A DNA stretch of 64,000 bases from Octopus vulgaris (Eukaryota). Below are positions 1 through 13,249 of the stretch, piece by piece. The notes under the pieces are model-generated. The model saw only the letters and a list, made by a program, of their open reading frames with translations. It did no database searches and was not told the DNA's origin. The stretch is from assembly GCA_951406725.2 (NCBI GenBank), contig OX597820.1, forward strand, positions 58,032,001 to 58,096,000. Reading direction: 5' to 3'. The first letter of the stretch is position 1, and every line of letters begins with the position of its first letter. The translations under genes were made by a program, and so were the position numbers.

Positions 1-464
1 CGACTATGAAAGATATCTAATCAGAGGCAGTAAATTCGCCACAATAGAAGCAAGGTTCGAATCAACGGAGTGTGCAAGGGAGTACTCGACTCGAACTTGT
101 AAAGTGGAAATATTTTATTTTTACCTTTATTTCTGGGACATAGGACGTCTCGGAAAAAAATTGAAAATGCCCCCCCCCCCGAAGTAGAGGTAGGCTGGAT
201 TGTAGCCACACTTCTATACAAGAGGGAGAACAAGATACAATTGATCGAAATTACAAGAGACGGGCTAACAATTCCAGCTGTTATATATTTTGAGTATTGT
301 TATCACTGGCGATATCAAGATATAACTTTGTAATTTGTATTTTATGTGTAGATGTATATACAGATGTACATGTAATATGTACACATATATATATACACAT
401 ATATACATGCACTAGCACTATGACCCGGCAACGATGGGTCTTTAATGCTAGTATATATATAAAG

Positions 465-603
465 GTGTGTGTTAAGAAGCTTGCTTCCCAACGACATGGT
501 TCCGGCTTCATTCCCACTGCGTTGCACCTTGGGCAAGAGTCTTCTAGTATAGCCTCTGGGCGACCAAAGCCTTGTGAGTGGATTTGGTAGACGGAAACTG
601 AAA
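465..603 (+). mobile_element. tRNA-derived SINE family A, 5' part only
   Basis: Matches the head of the full copies at 18498 and 41022 (cttgggcaagagtcttctagtatagcc...aaagccttgtgagtggatttggtagacggaaactgaa). Confidence 0.85.
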
Positions 604-726
604 CCCAGGTTCGAAATTTCCCCAATACACCTGATGAAATCTGGAGGGTATATCAACTGAAACACTGTGTTCACAACAAACAAGATGAGGAAAAATAGTC
701 GTCAATTATAAATAGTGTAAATAATG
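604..726 (+). mobile_element. Penelope-like element terminal fragment with decayed hammerhead motif
   Basis: ACAC-CTGATGA...GAAAC-ACT-GTGT at 627-670, followed by an A-rich tail-like stretch. Confidence 0.55.
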
Positions 727-1725
727 TTCAACAAGGCTATTACTTCACAAATATCAACCAGAACTGTTAGAAGAACGCTTGTAGAATACGGTCAAAAAAG
801 GCTGTAAAGCCAAAAAGAAGCCGTGGGTTTCTGAAGCGAATATGGAAAAACGTCTTCAGTGGGCCAAAAACCACTCAAATTGGACCAGTGAGCCATGGTC
901 GAAAGTCATATGATCTCATGAAAGTAACTAAGAGGTAAGATAGAACATGTATTCGATCAACATATAAACTTAATGTAATTGGTTTGTTGCCCAAAATATA
1001 TCAAAAAGTGTCAACATAAAGCTAATACTATTTTTCGTGTTTTTGCTCAGTTTTTTTTCATGTTTTCGGTGCTTCTGGTGCAACTTTCGTTCGTCGCAGA
1101 GTTGGGGAAGCATTTAAGGCTGAATGTTTGGTACCAACCGTAAAACATGGGGTGGTTCTATCATGGTGTGGGCCTGCATGTTTGCCACAGGATCCGGAGA
1201 AATGTTTTTATGTCACGGAAGGATAAATTCAGCTACCTATGATTCTATGTTAGTAGATTTTTTAGAGCCATCAAATTGCATCCAGTAGTTTCAAAAAACA
1301 GTGTTATCTTTCAACAGGACAACGCTCCATGTCATATAGCAAAGAATACTCATCAATGGTTTGAGACACAGTGTATTATTCCCATGGACTGGCCAGCGCA
1401 AAGTCCCGATCTAAATCTGATCGAACACCTATGGGGAACTCTTGGTGATGTTATCAGGAACACAACCATTAACAATAAAGAGCATTTGTACCATAAGTTG
1501 AGAGAAGAATGGAATAAAATCACGCCTAGCACCTGCAAGAAACTAGTCGGTTCAATGCCTGACCGTATAAAAGCGGTAATTGATGCTAAAGGAAGGTCAG
1601 CTAATTATTAAAACTAATGTATATTGTGAAATATACCATAATCTACAATGTGCATGAGTTTCATTGACATTGATATAGCAGAACCCGAAAACATTGGAGT
1701 GGCCTAATACTTTTGGCCAAGGCTG
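727..1725 (+). mobile_element. Tc1-family DNA transposon remnant (5'-truncated, transposase pseudogene)
   Basis: Translates to KRLQWAKNHSNWTSEPWSKVI*SHES, VRRRVGE..PTVKHG(G)GSIMVWACM and, in ORF 1276-1611, FQQDNAPCH..DWPAQSPDLNLIEHLW..SMPDRIKAVIDAKGRSANY. Right end ...ctaatacttttggccaaggctg followed by TA. Confidence 0.92.
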
Positions 1726-2449
1726 TATATATATATATGTATACAAGTACTATTCGTAGCCACTTTAATATGGTTGTCCGTTCGAGCGGACTCTACTGTG
1801 ATAGTTTAACCCCAAGTGGACATCTCCTCATGCTGGTCAACGATGCACAGCTGCATCCGATAAAATTGTGAGGAGGGGGAGCGAACCCTACCATCTTCTA
1901 GCGACAGGACCAACATACCAGTCTTGGTCTATATTTGTCACTCCTCGGTACTGGACACCTCGTCTGCTCGCAATATATATATTTCAAGCGAACACACAGT
2001 CGCTGAACGGACAGCCATGTTAAACTGGCTACGAATATTACTTGTCAGTACAACTACTGCGTTGATCTCTTAGAGAAATTTTAGAACTAGCATTTTTGCT
2101 TATGTGTGTGTGTGGAGTGTGTGCGCGCGTGCATGTTGTGTTTATCTGTACGTGTGCACCTATGCGGGAGTAACCCCGGGATCTCTCCTGAGATGAACAC
2201 TCTTGATGCTTTTCATAAAAGATTAGCAAACAAAATAAGATTATTTACGGTTTTATTTGCTAATAATTCCGCAATTTACTGACAATTTACCTGACACTGG
2301 ATCTTTTTGATAACATAGTTACATCCTGCAATGTGAAAATATATGGTTTGCTTCATTTTATATTTCTAAGACTAACATAGTGTTCTTCCATTGTCATAAT
2401 GATATTCCATGCCCTCTCGCTATTTCAGTTGATATTATTACTTTGAAGG

Positions 2450-2960
2450 TGTTACCTTATCTAGATTGACTTTTATGTCAAATATTCAAACCTGTTTGCT
2501 AACTGAAATTGTATTGTATCTCTTGAAGATTCATATCTACTCCAAAATAGAATAATGATCATACATTTAAGCAAGTTACTCCGAAGTTCTAACCACGCTT
2601 GGTAGAACGAATGCGTAGTCTATTTAATTGTGACATCTTTCTATCACTCCATTGTTCTATCAACGATGGAATGCTCAAAGATTGGCCCTTTTCTGCTGTT
2701 ACTTCAAGGAAAGATATTCAAATGAGATATTCATTGGTTCCACCTGTTCGAGAATTCCCTTTCAGAAGTCCCCTTGCCAACTTTAGCAAATCGTATTTGT
2801 GCTTCCTGAATACTACACGAATACACTACTGTTCCATGCAGAAGTCCCTCACACCCCCCCTCCGAGAACAGCTGATTTGTGAAATAAATTCTTTTCTTAA
2901 TGATTGCTGCCGAAATATGACCTTGATTTCGTTACATTCATGGTTAACAAGTACCCAATC
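2450..2960 (-). pseudogene. Possible piggyBac-like transposase remnant, heavily decayed
   Basis: Minus-strand peptides YDLLKLARGLLKGNSRTGG and IPSLIEQ..RLRIRSTKR resemble piggyBac L..L..G..GT.R and P.LI..YN..YRIRIRSKKW motifs. By-eye similarity only. Confidence 0.35.
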
Positions 2961-3816
2961 TAATGGCAGTTAACTTTTATTTCAATATTTCTCTTAGTTC
3001 TTTTATTACAAATTCGTTTTGTTTCCTTTTATTGTCTCATTTATTGGCGTCGCAGTTATTTTAATGCATTACTTTCACTTCTCACTTTTCCTAATGCAAT
3101 AAAAGGTAATACAGTACGGTCAAGAATAAATATGTGTGATCGTGAATGTGTATTTATCTATATGTCTGTGGTTTTATTTGAAAGCTTATATATGTGTTTG
3201 TGTCTATGTGCAGAATTATGTGTGATTGCGTGTATTTGTGTGTGAATGGGTGAATATTTGTATAGATATTTTTTAGTGAGGACAATGTATGTGTTAGTGT
3301 ATGAATGTATGAGTAGATGCGCTGGTGTACACACGTGCAGTTCTATACATATGAGGGGGTATGCTTCTTATGTACTTTTGAGTTTATTTTATGTTTGTGT
3401 AGGTGTGTGAATGGGTTTATAACTATGAAGCCACTGTGGAAAAGCGATAAATTGTCGGTGCGCCGAATTCGAGCTATCGATTTCGTCTCTCATTTGCAAC
3501 AGCTGGTTCACATCTTCAGTATATTTAAAAATTAAGAGACGGCTGGCCATAAAGGTCTCTACTCACGTATTTATCTGCTCTTTCCAATGAAAGTCAATAA
3601 CGTAAACCACTAATAGATAAATACCTGTGGTGATGGAAGGTGGAAAACTAGATCTAGTTATCATACATACTTTAGATAAAAACTAATTAAATGAAGCGAT
3701 GTGTAATGGAAGGGTTACTGCTGTGTTTTATTGGCAAATTTTGAGTTATTTGCGTTAGGCATACAAGCACTTTCGCAGAATAGACGTGAGTATTGAATAA
3801 ATGAAGGAGGAAATAA

Positions 3817-4310
3817 TCTTTTCCACTCTAGGCACAAGGCCCGAAATTTTTGAGGCGGGAGCCAATCGATTAGATCGACACCAGTCCGCAACTGGTACTT
3901 AATTTATACCCCGAAAGGATGAAAGGCGAAATCGACCTCGGCGGAATTTGAACAAAGAATGTAAAGACAGATGAAATACCTATTTCTTTACTACCCACAA
4001 GGGGCTAAACACAGAGAGGACAAACAAGGACAGACAAATGGATTAAGTCGATTATATCGACTCCAGTGCATAACTGGTACTTATTTAATCGACCTCGAAA
4101 GGATGAGGGGCAAAGTCGACCTCGACGGAATTTGAACTCAGAACGTAGCGGCAGACGAAATACCTATTTCTGTACTACCTACAAGGGGCTAAACACAGAA
4201 GGGATAAACAAGGACAGACAAAGGTATTAAGTCGATTATATCGACCCCAGTGCGTAACTGGTACTTATTTAAGTGACCCCGAAAGGATGAAGAGCAAAGT
4301 CGACCTCGGT
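3817..4310 (-). mobile_element. Tandem array of three SINE family B copies
   Basis: Three repeats of aactggtactt..gaaaggatga..gtcgacctcg; reverse complement of the full copy at 26645-26876. Confidence 0.9.
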
Positions 4311-4559
4311 GAAATGACCGAAACAAGTAAAAAAAAAAAGAATATAATCTCTGATTCAGGAATAGACAATCACGGATAGAATGCTTTTCGTCATAGGAAT
4401 AATTGATGATAACTCACTGGAGGCTAAACAGCAACAAAAACAAGAATTTTTTAGAAAGGTTTAATAAATAATCACTTGACCTGCTAAGAATGACAGCCAA
4501 ATTTCATTCCAATCGCACTTTACCCTCTTCAAATATAGAACAAACAAGCAAGTAAAATA

Positions 4560-5207
4560 GTTTCAAATTTTGGGACAAGGCCAGCAATTTTGGGGAAGAG
4601 TATAAGTCGATTACATAGACTCCAGTGCTCAAATGATACTTATTTTATCGCCCCAGAAAAGATGAAAGGCAAAATCGACCTTGGTAGAGTTTGAACTCAA
4701 CTCGTAAAGGTGGACGAAGTGCCGTAAAGCATTTCGTCCGGCGCGTTAAGATTCTGCCAGCTCGTTGCCTTAAAGTAGTAAAGAATATATTCTTTTCTAC
4801 TCTAGGCACAAGGCCCGAAATTTGGTGGGAGGGAGCCAGTCGATTAGATCGACCCCAGTACGAAGCTGGTACTTATTTTATCGACTCCGAAAGGATGAAA
4901 GGTAAATTCGACGACGGCGGAATTTAAACTCAGAACATAAAAACAAACGAAATACTGCTAAGCATTTCGCCCGGTGTGCTAACGTTTCTTATTTCTTTAT
5001 TGCCAACAGGAGGCGAAACATAGAGCGGACAAACAAGGATAGTCGATTACATCGACCCCGGTGCGCAACTGGTACTTATTTAATCGACTCGGAAAGGATG
5101 AAAGGCAAAGTCGACCTCGGCGGAATTTGAACTCAGAACGTAACGGCAGACGAATTACTGCTAAGCATTTCGCCCGGCGTGCTAACGTTTCTGCCAGCTC
5201 GCCGCCT
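4560..5207 (-). mobile_element. Three further SINE family B copies; pair 4790-5207 bounded by a 14-bp TSD
   Basis: Same core as 26645. tagtaaagaatata occurs at both 4776-4789 and 5208-5221. Confidence 0.9.
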
Positions 5208-5230
5208 TAGTAAAGAATATACTGGAAAAA

Positions 5231-5318
5231 CAGTAGTACCTTAGTTTTCGAACAACTCTGAACGCGAATAAATCGTGCTGCAATCAGCGCATAATAGGCC
5301 ATTCACCCACTATAACAC

Positions 5319-5393
<75 letters not shown>

Positions 5394-5591
5394 TTCACAC
5401 TACAAGCTTCAACCGCAAAATAACATCAATTCCGTAAACCAGAGAAAATTAAAAACATTTACCCTGTTTCTTATAGATGCACCTTTATATTTCAAGGCAA
5501 CTTCCTGCCTCGTCAATAGACCTAAATTAATTTTCTGGTTTACGGAAGAGAGAGAGAGAGAGAGAAATAATTCCAAATTTTTACTAATTGA

Positions 5592-5688
<97 letters not shown>

Positions 5689-5740
5689 TAAAGCACGATT
5701 TATTCGTGATCAGAGGTTTTCGTAAACCGAGATTCTACTG
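5231..5740. mobile_element. MITE with ~50-bp imperfect TIRs (CAGTAG..CTACTG, pogo/Tigger-like ends)
   Basis: 5231-5279 (cagtagtacc..cgaataaatcgtgct) is the imperfect reverse complement of 5692-5740 (agcacgatttattcg..ctactg). TA follows the right end; interior is mostly (TA)n/(GA)n. Confidence 0.7.
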
Positions 5741-7534
5741 TAATCGAAAACCAGATGGTGGTTACATGTATCAACATGATCGGGACATCTGAGGTTAAAC
5801 AACTACCTCAAGTACTAACAAGTACATATTTTTATCGTTCCTATGAAGATTATATTTAACACAGAACTGATATAGAGAGAGGACGAGAGAGGTGGAGAAA
5901 CACATTTAGAGAGAGAACGAAAGAAAGAAAGAAAGAAAGAAAGAAGGAAAGAAAGAAAGGAAGGAAGAAAGAAAGAGAAGTGAAATGAAGAAATCTGTAA
6001 TGCCAATGATTTATTGTCTTGAGTAATTAAACCATCGTTTTGAAAATATCTCAATTTTCATCGTTTTTTAATACTTCAAGTTGGATTCCTCCTATTTAAT
6101 GGTTTTCAAAAATAAGTTATTGTGTTTGGGAATTACATTTACTTTGAAACGTTTCACGACAACTTAAGAATACTTTTAAGAACCATAATAGAATAAACAG
6201 TGTTTTCTCTCCCCCGCTCTCCCTCTCTTTCTCTCTATCACTCTCTCTCTCTCTCTCCCTTTCTCTCTTACTTTCTCTCACTCACTCTCTTTCTGTGCGT
6301 GTTTATGTATGTGTGCATACGTAAGGTAGTACGTGTGTATTTGCGCGCATGTGTGTGTTCATTTTATTTCAAGAACTTTTGTATCAGCTATTTCAATCGT
6401 AGTGAAGAATTTTATCATGGAAACATAACTGAATAACCCTTTTGATACGAACCGCCCAAGACCGCACCATTGTCGTTTGATGCTAACATCTTGCTTTAAA
6501 GTGGTCTAAATTAAAATCTTTTATCAAAATTTCAATTCAATTTACGTTCCAAATACCAGCATAACAGTGAGAAAGTTATTTTCATTTTTTTAAATCTACT
6601 GAAACAAAAGCAGATTACTTCAGCGAAAGTAATGAAAAATGTAAGTCATATTTTTTTTTAAATTGAGAATCTTAGAAATGGTTCTAAATTAGAAACTTTC
6701 CTTGCAAAATCAGATAAACGAACGACCGCATGGTAAAGACATTGAGAAGTGCTATGAGTTTATCAAGTAAGTTTTTGAAAGAATACGAAATTGGTTTCCT
6801 GGTGCTCCCTACGAGTGTTTTTTTCTTCTTTTCTTTTCTTTTATAAGACACTATCTTGTCATCTATAGGCAATTCTAAGAAAGAGAAAGAGCGAAAAAAA
6901 AAAACAAACAAAGAATCCATTCTAGTACTTGACTGATACTTCATCTATCTCAAAGCAATTCTAACCCCGATGGAATTGGAACAGTTTAGAAAGCAGGGAC
7001 AAATACTTCAAGGATTCTTATCCAACCCTCAAAAAACTCTGCCAATTCACCATCATACAGATAATCTACGATGTTTATAATGAAATATTTTTAGAAATAC
7101 ACGATAAATCTCTTTGGTAACAAATGAAATATGATTTTGGGATATGGCACAAGGCCATAATCTGTAGTTAAGGGCTTTAGTTGTTAGAAACTTCACATTT
7201 TATGACTAATATTTATTTTCACCATATACTTTAGGTCGAGAGAAAAATGATCGCCAATTCGATTTTATCTTAGAACATAAAATGTTACATTTAAAATATG
7301 AACTGTAGAGCTTTTAAATAACGAGGCATATTGATTCATATAATTGCATACAAATATTCATATATTTAAAATATTAGTGAAACACAAACCGGCTTATTCT
7401 GTCTCGGCTATAATAATTACCTGAAAAAGCTAAATGCAAATAATTATAAATATCAATTATAACTAATTTTCTTGTGATTCTTTCGGCAACAATGCAACTT
7501 TTTTATTCACTCAGTATTAGATATACTATCACTA

Positions 7535-8470
<936 letters not shown>

Positions 8471-8539
8471 TTTCTTATACAGCTGGAGTCTGTTTAGTTT
8501 ATTCCCCAACATTTCTTAGTTTTCTACTTTCTACGCTCA

Positions 8540-8990
8540 ATCTTGTGATAGACCTAGTAAATGTAATCGAATAGTCTACTTAGCTATTCATGATGGCGAA
8601 CTGGCTGTGTCATTTGGGCGTCGGACAAAAAACTTCACAGCATTTTTTCAAGCTCTCCTGCGATCTCAGTTCAAATACTGTTGTAGAAAACTTTACTTTT
8701 CATTCTTTTGGAGAGGATAAAAAATACCACTCTTGTACGATGGATTGGCTGGACTATTACGGAGTTAGAAGCGATGTTTAGTAGTATCTTTTGTGATTCG
8801 TTGAGTTCTAACAGCAACGCCTGCAACATCACTGATAGCAAGCTGTATAGGTTCAAATTGGCAGCCTTTCACTCCTCAAAAATACTTGCCCAGGCTTTTA
8901 CATCCATGTGCAAATGTATTGTCAAACTTGAACTACAAAAGGCTCTAAAACTTAGTGATTCTCTCATTACTACTTTCACATGTACAACGA
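8540..8990 (-). pseudogene. Possible hAT (ZMYM1-like) transposase remnant
   Basis: Frameshifted minus-strand peptides LAISDVA, FLSSPK and FCPTPK resemble hAT NL(A)..D / F..SPKR / LCPTRW motifs. Confidence 0.4.
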
Positions 8991-9020
8991 ACGAAGGCTA
9001 AACTTTGCAGTAAAGGACTA

Positions 9021-9206
9021 ATAATCCTTCCTAGAGGCACAAGGCCTGAAATTTAGGGGGAGGGGACCTAATGCATACATACATACATACATTACGTCGC
9101 CCCCAGTGATCGGCTGGTACTTATTTTATGGAACCCGAAAGAATGAAAGGTAAAGTCGACCTCGGTGGATTTTGAACTCAGCACGATTCTGCCTGCTTGC
9201 TATCTT
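9021..9206 (-). mobile_element. SINE family B copy (diverged)
   Basis: ggcacaaggcctgaaattt..ctggtacttatttt..gaaagaatgaaaggtaaagtcgacctcgg. Confidence 0.85.
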
Positions 9207-9358
9207 AGTAGAGAACTAATAATGCCGAGATATATCCGTAGATTTTTGTAATTGTCTAACAACTCGAAATTATATTGTTCAATAACTAATTAAATTTTTT
9301 CCTCTCAGCAATAATTATTTCAAAATAGCTTTTAATTAATTCTGCATTAATTATATGT

Positions 9359-9565
9359 TGTGGAAGGATTCCGACCACTCAAGTGACTAAACGGTGGACT
9401 GACTCATTATTACAAAGTGAAGAACCGTGAGCGATTGGCAGTTCGGGTTTGTAGCAGTTCACTGTGAGCTGTGATTGAGAGCACTCTGTCTCGTGTAATA
9501 GAAATAGTTTGACGTCGCGTATATACTTTCTTCCCCCTACATCTTTATATTATATATGCAATACA
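9359..9565. mobile_element. Probable solo LTR (~205 bp)
   Basis: Begins TGT and ends ACA. A homologous copy with the same boundaries lies at 44489-45247. No clean TSD. Confidence 0.65.
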
Positions 9566-10233
9566 ATGATATAAAATTATGTTACTACCAACCTATCTAC
9601 AGTTATATAAAAGTTGATATCTTTTTTCTGTAGCTCTTCAATGGAATACTATTCCCATACCTATGATGCTGCTGCTGCGACACATACAGTCATTCTACAC
9701 CGCATTCAGAAAGGAAGAGAAAACCAAAAAAATCATCCAACTGATTTGCGTGAAATCACTTTCCTAAACACTCCAGTTTCTTGTTCATAGCCAAGATGTC
9801 TTCCTTCAACGATGGTGTAAAATAAACAATGAGCAACATTAAATAGCAACACTGTTGTATTTACGATGAGACTGACTTAGAGTTGCTCTAGACATAGACA
9901 CTATGCTCATGTCTGGGCAGATCTAATCAAGTTCCAACATTACCAAGTCTGCTGGCCTGACCAAATTTTGCCGCCCATCACTGTCAGACTTTCCCTCTCA
10001 AAGAAATAAATTGCACTAATTTTCCATAAAAATGACTGCAATGCATATTAATATCCTTAATTAGATTTATATTCATTAATTTAATGTAATTTTTCATTGG
10101 ATGATTATGTTAAAAGAAGAAAGAATGAATATAATATCGCAAGAAATCTAAACCTGATAATTTCATATATAGGTGCAGCATAGGAAATACACAACATACA
10201 TGAAAATACTCGTGACAAAATTATTGCCCAGCC

Positions 10234-10253
10234 AGATAGACAGACAAACATAC

Positions 10254-10332
<79 letters not shown>

Positions 10333-10365
10333 CAGATAGATAGACAGATAGACAGACAGACAGAC

Positions 10366-10426
<61 letters not shown>

Positions 10427-10437
10427 TATAGATAGAT
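10234..10437. repeat. (GATA/GACA)n microsatellite
   Basis: Directly visible. Confidence 0.98.
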
Positions 10438-11541
10438 TGTTATCAAAGTACATTATGAAGTATAAAACGAGTAGGCTAACACTAAGAACAAATACACACA
10501 CACTCAGAAACGCTTATACACATACAAATCCGCCCATATATCACACAAACAGACATCCTAGATGCACACATGCGAACAATAATCCTGCATTCATTCATAT
10601 CCATACATACATCCTCACACATGTATAAACATACGTGCACACATATGGTCGTATGTAGACACCGCGGGATAATGAAAGGATGCATAAGGGAGGATTACGT
10701 TTTCAAATATTTTTAAATATGTTTTTTTTTTTAACTTTTTCTCAACGATACAGCAATAAAATATCATAAAAAAAGAAGTTGTAAGTCATATTCCCTTTTA
10801 TCTTGAGTTTTAAAAAAAAATATGTGTAAACGTGGAAGAGAAATGATATAAGTAAAAATTAAATAAATGAAAAATACGAACAACAGCAACAACAACAACA
10901 ATCATGAAATAGAGAGGAAATTTGATTGAAATAAACTGTGTGATGGATTTAAACCGAAAAATATAGAAGCTATTACAGCCAAAATCTGTTTACTTCATAA
11001 TATATATGAATTTCTGATGAGAGCAATTTGAGAAGTTAATCGTGTTTCTCTCGTAGCCGAAATATAGTCGTTTCTTTGTTGATCTAAGGGGGGGAAATAG
11101 AAGAAAAAATAAAATAAGGAATCCTATCTGAAGAAATTAATACTTACTTGACATTTCATTGGCAAATCGAGGAATAAATATACGCAAGAATTTTGCATAA
11201 AGGCCATTCTTAGATATTTCCTGTTTTGAAAGAAGACCGATTTTGTTTATATTAAAGTATACTATCCGCCTTTCTGCAACAATATGTTCTTGGAGCTCTC
11301 ACAAAACACACATATGAGCAGAAACACTCCCTTTGATGCAAAGACTTACACGCATACATATATAATATTTATGCATACATACATACTGTTAACTAGAGAT
11401 GGATAGAGGAAAGTAAGCTTTCTTATATACATGCTTACTTTGACATGACACATATGTATGTGCCCGACTACTTTAAACATTCAGTCTTTTTACATACACA
11501 CCGACCAACATACACACACATATATACATGGATAGACAGAC

Positions 11542-11595
<54 letters not shown>

Positions 11596-11617
11596 CATAC
11601 CCTCACACACACAGATT

Positions 11618-11667
<50 letters not shown>

Positions 11668-11674
11668 TCAAAGG

Positions 11675-11845
11675 AAGGATCAAATGCCCTTACTGGGACA
11701 TAGCCTTATAAGCTGGTTTCCCGGTTTCTATGGCGTATACACTGCCATCGGACGGAAAACGGGTCTGACGTAGGAATACTTAATTTTGCTAGAGTGAACT
11801 GGAACAAGGTGAAATTAAGTGTTTTGCCGAAGGACACAACGCACA
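11675..11845 (-). mobile_element. SINE fragment (core related to family C, tail related to family D)
   Basis: gagtgaactggaacaaggtgaaattaagtg matches the reverse complement of the 17445-17495 core; ggtttcccggtttctatg matches the tail near 20795-20820. Confidence 0.65.
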
Positions 11846-11963
11846 GTCTCATGGCAGATCAATTAGGAAAGCAATACTTGTGTGAGAGCACAGTGTTTTT
11901 AAAGGTAGTGATGGCTTTCTTTGGTCACGAGTGGAGGACCAGTATAGTATATTATTTCATTAA

Positions 11964-12173
11964 CATATGATGGGTGCTCCCTCGTTATCGAGTATGGCCA
12001 TTGCACGAACTTAACTGTTATTGGTGCTGTGATCGAATGTGACTTTTTATCCCAGCTAAAGATCTACTATGTCTTGTAAAGAATTAGCAACCAGAACCTT
12101 TACCGTTAGTAGCCGGCTGTAGTTGTAACTGGGCTTCATGCTCCTTTGCACGTCGTTTAAGTCCTCCTGCCGA
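11964..12173 (-). mobile_element. 3' end of RTE-like LINE, inverted copy of 12976-13186
   Basis: ~210 bp of high reverse-complement similarity to 12976-13186. Confidence 0.85.
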
Positions 12174-12670
12174 GAGATAAATTTTATTTAATATACAATA
12201 GAATTGAGGTCCTATAATTTCCATATATAACTAATACTATAATTGGGCGAGCTTGTATAGTGTGCCGTGTGCTATCAGGCAATCCTTCAGAACAAGGTTT
12301 AACATAGATGTACTCTAAGAAAAAAAACCAGCAAGAACGAGAGAAAACGAGAGAAAAAAATTATATGACAGAAAGAGAAAAGTAAAAAGCATGAAGGAAA
12401 GAGAGATAAGGGTTGTGACCCTTTGGTTAGTATATGTTTTATAAATCACTTCTACATAGGCCAATTTATTTTGTCGAGTTTCGCTATTTATTATTACGAA
12501 GGCGATTTTAACTCCGCAAACGACTGAGCTAACCACGCCTAGTCGAGTGAGGAAACGCCTGGGTCTCTACAGTTTCATTCCCGAATAAGCACCTGGTGTG
12601 ATATGCAAACCACCAGTTTTCTTTCCACGGGTGGATATGGTATTTTATTTTGGACCTGAAGCCCAACAAC

Positions 12671-12714
<44 letters not shown>

Positions 12715-12771
12715 CGTGCACTTACAAACATATATGTATATATATATGTGTATGTATATATATGTACATAT

Positions 12772-13186
12772 ATCGCTGTTACACTTCCAGATGGGAAGGG
12801 TCTTCCTATGATGCTGACATGCAGTGTCTGTGCAAGACCCTGCCTCAGTAAAGCCGAACTCAAGAGTCATATTCGTAGTCATAAAGCGAGACAGATGAGT
12901 GACAACCTGGCCACTGGTGGTGTTGTTACACACCATATTAATCATATCTGTCAGGCATGTGGAAGAGAGTGTAATTCGGCAGGAGGACTTAAACGACATG
13001 CAAAGGTACATGAAGCCCAGTTACAACTACAGCCGGCTATTACCGGTAAAGGTTTTAGTTGCCAATTCTGTACAAGACATTGTAGATCTTTAGCTGGGCT
13101 AAAAAGTCACATTCGATCACAGCACCAATAACAGTTAAGCTTCGTGCAATGCCCATACTCGATAACGAGGGGGCACCCATCATATG
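12772..13186 (+). mobile_element. 5'-truncated RTE-like LINE end encoding three C2H2-type zinc fingers plus a short 3' UTR
   Basis: Open frame to the stop at 13131: CSVC..HIRSH, CQAC..HAKVH, CQFC..HIRSQH. Starts abruptly after microsatellite; the short tail ends cccatcatatg. A second, truncated copy lies nearby. Confidence 0.7.
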
Positions 13187-13192
13187 TATATA

Positions 13193-13235
<43 letters not shown>

Positions 13236-13249
13236 ACATACATACATAT

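Noticed and set aside
1-280. Possible LINE ORF1-like remnant on the + strand
   Set aside because: Looks coding-like but is frameshifted and cut by the window edge; no motif I can name with confidence.
12598-13131. Host C2H2 zinc-finger gene as a 177-aa CDS
   Set aside because: The N-terminal part is microsatellite, the linkers are not TGEKP-type, and a second 5'-truncated copy with the same 3' end indicates a retroelement.
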